The position numbers were made by a program, and so were the translations under genes. Shown in pieces: positions 16,814 through 22,757 of a DNA stretch of 22,757 nucleotides. Position 1 is the first letter of the stretch, and each line of letters opens with the position of its first letter. The notes under the pieces are model-generated. The model did no database searches, had not been told where the DNA came from, and worked only from the letters and a program-made list of their open reading frames with translations. Origin of the DNA: Chthoniobacteraceae bacterium (GTDB lineage Bacteria; Verrucomicrobiota; Verrucomicrobiia; Chthoniobacterales; Chthoniobacteraceae); contig JANNWY010000288.1 of assembly GCA_031409335.1 (NCBI GenBank), positions 1 to 22,757 of the forward strand, in the 5' to 3' direction.

Positions 16814-17665
16814 TCAGTTCGCGCGCGTGTCTTCCTTGAAACGAAACGGCTTGCCGCCCGTGATCGCTTCGCTCGTGAAACTCGGGCACCAGTGCCGCTC
16901 GACATGCGCGATGATGAGATCGTGGCCGGTGAAATGATCGACGCCCGGCGGGCGCTCGGGGTTGTACATCGAGTCGGTGAGATCGCGGATGAAGGCGACG
17001 TTCTTCCCGAGCGCCACCTGCTGCCGGATGGCAAAGGGGCGGCCCAGCACGCACATGTTGAGATGCACACCGCACAACACCACGTTCTCGATGCCGCGCG
17101 CGGTGAGCAGATTCCACGTTTCCTGTCCGTCGTCGGTCATCGCGTCGCCGCTGGCGAGTTCGATGCTGGCGACCTGCCGTTTCCACGGCGGAACGATCTC
17201 GCACTTTGTCCCGACGCACGAGCAACCCATGTCGGAGTCATCCACCGGCAGAACGGATTCGCGCTTCGGATCGGGCCAGCACCATGCGGTGCCCCAGCGT
17301 GGAGACGTGGCGAGCGGGATCGGGGTCTTCGCGAAAGCTGCGGACTGCGCGAGTTTGCGCTGCGGCGTCTCCTTGTAGAAATCGGTGACGGTGCTCGGCG
17401 AGTGGATGATGAAAATGCCGCGAGCCCTCGCCGCCTTGAGCATTTCGTGCATCGGCCCGGCGAGTTCCGTCACGCGGCGCGCGGCGGATTTGCACCAGTG
17501 GTCGTCCCACATGTCGCAGACGATGATCGCGGTTTTCTTCGGATCCCACTGCGCGGTTTTTTCGACGATCGTGCCGTCAGACTTGGCTCGAGAGCGCAGA
17601 GTGAGCGAAAGGGGTTCAGCGAACACTGTGGTCGTCATGGCGAGGAAGAGAAGAAATGTGCGCAT
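16814..17665 (-). CDS. Secreted isochorismatase-like (cysteine hydrolase fold) protein
   Basis: Signal peptide MRTFLLFLAMTTTVFA. KTAIIVCDMWDDHWC, IIHSPS, NVVLCGVHLNMCVL, RDLTD. Confidence 0.85.
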   Translation of the reverse strand: MRTFLLFLAMTTTVFAEPLSLTLRSRAKSDGTIVEKTAQWDPKKTAIIVCDMWDDHWCKSAARRVTELAGPMHEMLKAARARGIFIIHSPSTVTDFYKETPQRKLAQSAAFAKTPIPLATSPRWGTAWCWPDPKRESVLPVDDSDMGCSCVGTKCEIVPPWKRQVASIELASGDAMTDDGQETWNLLTARGIENVVLCGVHLNMCVLGRPFAIRQQVALGKNVAFIRDLTDSMYNPERPPGVDHFTGHDLIIAHVERHWCPSFTSEAITGGKPFRFKEDTRAN

Positions 17666-17807
17666 GATTCTGTGATAACTCGCAGCGCAAAAATGGCGAG
17701 CGCCGCGTCATTTTCACCAGTGACAAGATCGCGCGCCTTTGCTGTCTTACCCGCCCCGCACGCGGGAAACCACGAAACGAAACCTCCACCCAACTCCTCA
17801 AATTTTT

Positions 17808-18848
17808 ATGTCATCTCCCGTCCTTCTCAAAAACAAAACCGGCATCAACGGCCTCGGTGCAGGCGTCTGGAATATCGGCCCCGGCGCCGATCCGTTTGGC
17901 GGGCCGACGCGCGAGCCGATCCCGATGCTCGATCGCCTGCCGATGATCGCAGAATCCGGGATGAGCTACTACGAGGCGCACGATGTCGAGATCACCGCCG
18001 AGATGGCTCCGGCTGCGAACAAGGTCGCCAAAAAGCTGGGTCTGAAATGCGCGATGTACACGCCGTCATTTTTCGCCGCGCCGATTTTTAAGGATGGTGC
18101 GATGACTTCCAATGATCCGGCGGTCCGCAAGCTCGGCCTCGCGAATGCGCTGAAGGCGGTGGATACGACAGCCGTGCTCGGCGCGAAGACGATGGTGTTT
18201 TGGAATGGGCGCGAGGGCTTTGATTTCGTGCTCGCAAAGAATGGGCGCGATGCCTTCAAGCGGCTCGTCGAGGGCTTCAACAAAGTCGGCGCTTACGCGA
18301 AGAAGAACCACGGGACGAAGATCAAATTCGCGATCGAGCCAAAGCCGAACGAACCGCGCGCGAACATGTATCTCGCGAATGTCGGCGAGGCGCTTTACCT
18401 CATCAGCCGTCTCGAAAATGACCTCCAGCCGCTGTTCGGCCTGAACCCCGAAACCGCGCACTCGCGTATCGCGGGCCTCGACTATCTGTGGGACATCGAG
18501 ATGTGTCTCGAAGCGGGCAAACTCTTCCACATTCACCTGAACTCGCAGGACGGTCAGCGTTACGATCAGGACTTGCCGTTCGGCTACACCGAGCCGCTCA
18601 AAGACCTCGCGCTGCTCGTCGTGCTGCAGGATGCGAAGTACGCGGGCCCGATCTGCTTCGACGTAAAAGCGCCCCGCGTCGATGACCCGAAAAACATCAC
18701 CGACATCCTCACCGTCTCGACAAAAAATCTCGTCTGGCTGTGGGACCGCGCGCTCGCCGTCGATCGCAAAAAGATCGAGCAATTCCGCAAAGACAACCGC
18801 CTCACCGCGCTCAGTGGCTATCTCGCGCAATGCCTGTATGGGAAATGA
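17808..18848 (+). CDS. Xylose isomerase-like TIM-barrel sugar isomerase (class I type, atypical)
   Basis: Start ATG 17808. GVWNIG..ADPFG, EAHD, VFWNGREG, FAIEPKPNEPR, GLNPETAH, KLFHIHLN, RYDQDLPFG, CFDVK. Confidence 0.85.
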   Translation: MSSPVLLKNKTGINGLGAGVWNIGPGADPFGGPTREPIPMLDRLPMIAESGMSYYEAHDVEITAEMAPAANKVAKKLGLKCAMYTPSFFAAPIFKDGAMTSNDPAVRKLGLANALKAVDTTAVLGAKTMVFWNGREGFDFVLAKNGRDAFKRLVEGFNKVGAYAKKNHGTKIKFAIEPKPNEPRANMYLANVGEALYLISRLENDLQPLFGLNPETAHSRIAGLDYLWDIEMCLEAGKLFHIHLNSQDGQRYDQDLPFGYTEPLKDLALLVVLQDAKYAGPICFDVKAPRVDDPKNITDILTVSTKNLVWLWDRALAVDRKKIEQFRKDNRLTALSGYLAQCLYGK

Positions 18849-18992
18849 GTAAGGAGTAAGGAGTGAATGAGTGGGGAAGTTCCGATCGCATCGTGAAAAA
18901 CTCCCAAGAAACCGGGCGTGTGTGGAAAGAGTGATAGGTCATTAGGACTTCGTCACTAACTACTCATTACCTCCTTAATCATTACTCATTTC
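18842..18992. repeat. Inverted arrays of AA(T/G)GAGT and ACTC(A/C)TT heptamers at both ends of an intergenic spacer
   Basis: AATGAGT AAGGAGT AAGGAGT gAATGAGT (18844-18872) versus ACTCATT ACCTCCTT AATCATT ACTCATT (18962-18990). Outer perfect 11-bp inverted repeat GAAATGAGTAA/TTACTCATTTC. Confidence 0.75.
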
Positions 18993-18998
18993 AAAACC

Positions 18999-20222
18999 AT
19001 GCTCACCCGCATCTCAGCCCTCATCCTGACCCTCACTGCCACCGCCTCCGCCCTCGACTGGCCGCAGTGGCGCGGACCGGATCGCACCGATCTCTCGAAA
19101 GAAACCGGCCTGCTGAAACAATGGCCCGCTGAAGGTCCGAAGCAGGTCTGGATTTTCAAGAATGCCGGCAAGGGTTACTCGGGGCCGTCGATTGTGGGCG
19201 GGAAAATGTTCACGCTCGGGACGCGCGACGATCGGGAAATCCTGATCGCACTCGATGCGGCGACCGGGAAGGAACTCTGGGCGCGCCCGCTCGGCGACGT
19301 GCTCGGAAACAAATGGGGCGACGGCCCGCGCAGCACGCCGACCGTCGATGGCGGCAAAGTCTATGCGCTCAGCGGCCCGGGCGTGCTCGCTTGTGTGAAT
19401 GTCGCGGACGGCAGCGAAGTGTGGACGACGAAGATGAGCGATGCCGGCGGACAGGTGCCGAGCTGGGGTTACACCGAATCGCCGCTCGTCGATGGCAGCC
19501 AGGTCGTCGTCACGCCCGGCGGAGAAAAAGGCGCGATCGCCGCTTATGACAAGGCGACCGGCAAACTGCTCTGGCAATCGAAGGACTTCACGGATGGCGC
19601 GCAGTATTCGTCGATCGTCCCGGCGACGATCAATGGCGAGAAGCAATACGTGCAACTCACCATGCAAAGCATCGTCGGCATTTCAGCGAAGGATGGCGCG
19701 GTGCTCTGGAAGCATGGCTTCCCCGGACGCGTCGCCGTCATCCCGACGCCGATCGTGCGGGACAATCAGGTCTATGTCACCGCCGGTTACAAAGTCGGTT
19801 GCATCGCGATCAAGATCGAGCCCGGCAACAAGGTCACGCCGGTGTTTCAAAACAAGGAGATGCAGAATCATCACGGCGGCGTGATCCTCGTCGGCGATCA
19901 TCTCTACGGACACAGCGATGGGAACGGCTGGGTCTGTCAGGATTGGAAGACTGGCGATCAAAAGTGGGCCGAAAAAAGCAAGCTGGGCAAAGGCGCGATC
20001 GGTTTTGCGGACGGCATGTTTTACTGCGTCGATGAGAAAAGCGGCGACGTGGCGCTGATCGAAGCGTCGCCAAATGGCTGGAGCGAAAAAGGCCGCTTCA
20101 AGCTCGATCCGCAATCGCAGATTCGCAGCCGCGATGGCCGCATCTGGACGCACCCGGTGATCGTGAATGGCAGGCTCTACCTGCGCGATCAGGACCTGAT
20201 TTATTGCCACGCGGTGAAGTAA
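18999..20222 (+). CDS. PQQ-binding-like beta-propeller protein (PVC DWPQWRGP family)
   Basis: Signal peptide followed by DWPQWRGPDR, GYSGP, ALDAATGKELW, GPRSTP, YTESPLV, YSS, WTHPVIVNGRLYLRD. Confidence 0.92.
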   Translation: MLTRISALILTLTATASALDWPQWRGPDRTDLSKETGLLKQWPAEGPKQVWIFKNAGKGYSGPSIVGGKMFTLGTRDDREILIALDAATGKELWARPLGDVLGNKWGDGPRSTPTVDGGKVYALSGPGVLACVNVADGSEVWTTKMSDAGGQVPSWGYTESPLVDGSQVVVTPGGEKGAIAAYDKATGKLLWQSKDFTDGAQYSSIVPATINGEKQYVQLTMQSIVGISAKDGAVLWKHGFPGRVAVIPTPIVRDNQVYVTAGYKVGCIAIKIEPGNKVTPVFQNKEMQNHHGGVILVGDHLYGHSDGNGWVCQDWKTGDQKWAEKSKLGKGAIGFADGMFYCVDEKSGDVALIEASPNGWSEKGRFKLDPQSQIRSRDGRIWTHPVIVNGRLYLRDQDLIYCHAVK

Positions 20223-20223
20223 C

Positions 20224-21306
20224 GTGACTCCGCTCGCGAGCGAACTCCGCGCGCGCATCGCGCAGCGCGGGCCGATTCCGTTTCGCGAATTCATGGAAGC
20301 GGCGCTGTATCATCCGCAGCACGGCTACTATTCGTCGGGTCGCGCGGCCATCGGGCGACGCGGGGATTTTTTTACGAACGTAAGTGTCGGGCCGCTTTTC
20401 GGGCGGCTGCTCGCGCGGAAGTTTGCGGAGATATGGGAGCAGCTCGGCGAGCCAGCACAGTGGAAGATCGTCGAGCAGGGAGCGCATCGCGGGGAATTCG
20501 CGCGGGATGCGCTCGGCGGGCTGCGGGAGTTTGCACCGCGCACGTTTGCGGCGGTGAAGTATGTGATCGTCGAGCCCGTCGAGGTCTTGCGTACCGCGCA
20601 AATTTCGACGCTCGCGGGGCTGCCGGTGACGTGGGTTGCGAGTCTCGAAAAACTCGAGCCATTCATCGGCGTCCATTTTTCCAACGAACTGCTCGACGCC
20701 TTCCCGGTGCATCTCGTCGCCTGGCGGGATGGTAAATGGGTGGAGCGTTATGTGGAGTCGGCGGGCGAGGAGTTTGCGTTTGTGGACGGCCCGCTGAGCG
20801 ATCCGCGGCTCGACGGGAAATCTGGGTCGTATGGGACTCATGCGACCCATCACTTCACCACTGAGGTAAATCTCGCCGCGCTCGACTGGCTCTCCACGCT
20901 TTCCCAAAAACTCGTGCGCGGCTACGTGCTGGCCATCGACTACGGCTACCCGCGCGAGCAGTATTTTGAGCGCCCCGCCGGCACGCTCAGCGCCTACGCC
21001 GCGCACCAGCGCGAGCCCAATCCACTCGCGCGTCCCGGCGAGATCGACCTCACCGCCCACGTCGAATTCACCAGCCTCATCGAGCACGCCGAGCGCATTG
21101 GATTTCGCGTGCGAGAATTCACCGACCAGCACCACTTCATGGTCGCCCTGAGCCGCCTGCATTTCACCAATGAGGCTCCGCCGCCCGCCGAACTCCGCGC
21201 CTTCAAAACCTTAATGCACCCCGCGCTGCTGGGCCAGGCGTTCAAAGTCCTGCGTTTGGAAAAAGGTCTCGATCGCTCCCTTTTTCACTCCCCGGTGTCA
21301 TTTTGA
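20224..21306 (+). CDS. SAM-dependent methyltransferase, MidA/NDUFAF7 (DUF185) family
   Basis: GTG start 1 nt after the upstream stop. GPIPFREFMEAALYHPQHGYY, GRRGDFFT, VEQGAHRG, SNELLDAFPVH, IDYGY, PGEIDLTAHVEF. Confidence 0.93.
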   Translation: MTPLASELRARIAQRGPIPFREFMEAALYHPQHGYYSSGRAAIGRRGDFFTNVSVGPLFGRLLARKFAEIWEQLGEPAQWKIVEQGAHRGEFARDALGGLREFAPRTFAAVKYVIVEPVEVLRTAQISTLAGLPVTWVASLEKLEPFIGVHFSNELLDAFPVHLVAWRDGKWVERYVESAGEEFAFVDGPLSDPRLDGKSGSYGTHATHHFTTEVNLAALDWLSTLSQKLVRGYVLAIDYGYPREQYFERPAGTLSAYAAHQREPNPLARPGEIDLTAHVEFTSLIEHAERIGFRVREFTDQHHFMVALSRLHFTNEAPPPAELRAFKTLMHPALLGQAFKVLRLEKGLDRSLFHSPVSF

Positions 21307-21329
21307 CTTGAGGCAACGCGCCCTCCGGC

Positions 21330-21490
21330 CACGTCATCGACCGGCACATCCGCCGGCAGTTCCGCGTCGCGCGTCAGCGGCATGTCGGTACCGGGGAAAA
21401 TCGGCGCGTTGTTGCCGAAGGACACGCGGAGAAAATCCCCGTCGCCCGGCGTGGTGAAGCGGAAGTTGAATCGCAGCGTGTGCGTCCCTT
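21330..21490 (-). pseudogene. Remnant of a surface/secreted protein gene (copy 1)
   Basis: Reads THTLRFNFRFTTPGDGDFLRVSFGNNAPIFPGTDMPLTRDAELPADVPVDDVAG. 21351-21427 is 66/77 identical to 22492-22568. No credible start or full-length ORF. Confidence 0.55.
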
Positions 21491-21507
21491 CGCACACTTT
21501 GGAGGGA

Positions 21508-21541
21508 AAAATTGCCGTCAATTTTGAACCTGTGATATTCT
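21508..21541 (+). promoter_or_regulatory. Putative sigma-70 promoter and palindromic operator of the TA operon
   Basis: TTGCCG (21512-21517), 18-nt spacer, extended -10 TG-A-TATTCT (21533-21541). Inverted repeat AAAATTG-ccgt-CAATTTT (21508-21525) overlaps the -35. ATG begins 7 nt downstream of the -10. Confidence 0.55.
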
Positions 21542-21547
21542 CACCGC

Positions 21548-21883
21548 ATGGCCATGACCTTCGATAACATCCGCGACGCCGTGCTGCTCCTGCCTAAAGG
21601 GGACCAAGTGCGCATTCTCACGCTCGTGGCACTGGAAGTTTCCGATGCGCATCCGGGCATCGACTTCCAGGACAACATCTGCGGTGGCTCAGCGCGCATC
21701 ATCCGCACACGCATCCCGGTCTGGCTTGTGGAAGCACTGCGGCGCGGCGGCAAGACGGATGCGGAACTGCTCGCAGCCTACCCATCCCTCACTGCGGAAG
21801 ATCTCGCCAACGCATGGAACTACGCACGGACGCATCGGGAGGAGATGGACCGCGAGATTGCCGCCAACGGAGATGCCTCGTGA
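21548..21883 (+). CDS. DUF433 family antitoxin
   Basis: Signature ICGGSARIIRTRIPVWLVE...G.TDAELLAAYPSLTAEDLANAWNYA. GTGA overlap with the downstream toxin. Confidence 0.92.
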   Translation: MAMTFDNIRDAVLLLPKGDQVRILTLVALEVSDAHPGIDFQDNICGGSARIIRTRIPVWLVEALRRGGKTDAELLAAYPSLTAEDLANAWNYARTHREEMDREIAANGDAS

Positions 21884-22221
21884 TCGCGCGGCTCTATGCC
21901 AACGAGAACTTTCCCCTGCCCGTCGTCATCACCTTGCGTGAGTTGGGCCACGATGTCTTGACCACTCTCGACGCAGGCAAGGCCAATTGTGCCATTCCAG
22001 ATGATGAGGTGCTGCGGCTTGCGGTCGGGAACGGTCGGGCGGTGATTACCCACAACCGCCAGGATTTCATGCGCCTGCATCGCCAGAACCCGGACCACGA
22101 AGGCATCCTCGTCTGCACGGACAATCCCGATTTCCCCGCTCTCGCCGCCAAAGTCCACACCCGGCTTCAGGCGATGGAGTCTCTCAAAGGCCAGTTGGTG
22201 CGGATCAATCGCGAAGCCTAA
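21880..22221 (+). CDS. DUF5615 family PIN-like toxin
   Basis: GTG 21880. RLYANENFP, LRELGHDV, IPDDEVL, RAVITHNRQDF, HEGIL. Coupled to the DUF433 gene. Confidence 0.9.
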   Translation: MIARLYANENFPLPVVITLRELGHDVLTTLDAGKANCAIPDDEVLRLAVGNGRAVITHNRQDFMRLHRQNPDHEGILVCTDNPDFPALAAKVHTRLQAMESLKGQLVRINREA

Positions 22222-22334
22222 CCCGCCATGCTTGGGGTTCACTTATCGACGGTCTCGCAGTCGAGGATTGGCAATTGTGATTCTGTCGAGTTTGTGAAAC
22301 CGAACGTGCGCTCGACCGCATACGGCCCCGGATA

Positions 22335-22568
22335 CTACGGATGCGGTTCGAGCTGTATCCGGTAAAACTTTCGCACCACCTGTCCCGGCGGCACCGTCGT
22401 GTCGATGAAACTCTGCACCGGCGACACGCCCGGCAGCGCCAGCCCGATGTTTTCGTAGCTCTCGAATCCCGGAGTCGCCGAGCGCAGCACCCGCCGTCAA
22501 TTCTGTGTCACGGGTCAGCGGCATGTCCTTGCCGAGGAAAATCGGCGCGTTGTCGCCGAAGGACACGC
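22335..22568 (-). pseudogene. Remnant of a surface protein gene (copy 2) with a Verrucomicrobia-type C-terminal domain
   Basis: 22568-22492 reads VSFGDNAPIFLGKDMPLTRDTELT. A different frame (22493-22335) then reads RVLRSATPGFESYENIGLALPGVSPVQSFIDTTVPPGQVVRKFYRIQLEPHP*, resembling the C-terminal 'xRS...F.D....FYR' domain of verrucomicrobial surface proteins. Confidence 0.6.
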
Positions 22569-22757
22569 CGACAGTGAAAGGGAGCGAGTTTCTTAAATGG
22601 ATCTCATTCTATGATGCGCAAGCTAAAGAAAGCGTGTATGTTACACTAAAAATTATCAGCATTTTCCATTGAGGAAGTGGCGGCCCGCCCGGCGGTGGCC
22701 GCCCCAAGAGACAAGCGCCCGCCGGGGCGCGAAGGCCCCCCACCACCCCGGGGTGGG

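Noticed and set aside
16695..17225. 177-aa N-terminal extension of the 1031-aa ORF
   Set aside because: Overlaps the isochorismatase-like gene out of frame. A signal-peptide-like start lies at 16694.
18999..20222. Calling the beta-propeller bamB
   Set aside because: No lipobox Cys. The DWPQWRGP N-terminus marks the highly paralogous PVC family.

Overview
GC-rich bacterial chromosomal segment, probably Verrucomicrobiota (Chthoniobacterales-like); this is inferred from gene families and architectures. Left end (1-4300): an accessory, probably defence-related minus-strand operon. It has a 1072-aa gamma-class N6-adenine DNA methyltransferase translationally coupled (ATGA overlap) to a PD-(D/E)xK nuclease-like gene that runs off the window edge and is missing from the ORF track. 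A chimeric scar with a Type I hsdM fragment lies upstream. Middle: a secreted sugar-dehydrogenase/PKD/cytochrome c/CBM protein, an ECF sigma factor plus Ser/Thr kinase-WD40 pair, an RsmA-Nudix fusion, a GTAG-type REP doublet supplying the stop codons of two convergent genes, four minus-strand genes (isochorismatase-like, heme c dehydrogenase, SGNH hydrolase, Gfo/Idh/MocA), and a divergent atypical xylose isomerase, PQQ-like beta-propeller and MidA-type methyltransferase. Right end: a DUF433/DUF5615 toxin-antitoxin pair between two diverged copies of a surface-protein gene remnant. No rRNA, tRNA, CRISPR array, integrase or transposase was recognised. All family calls come from motifs read by eye; no database search was run.
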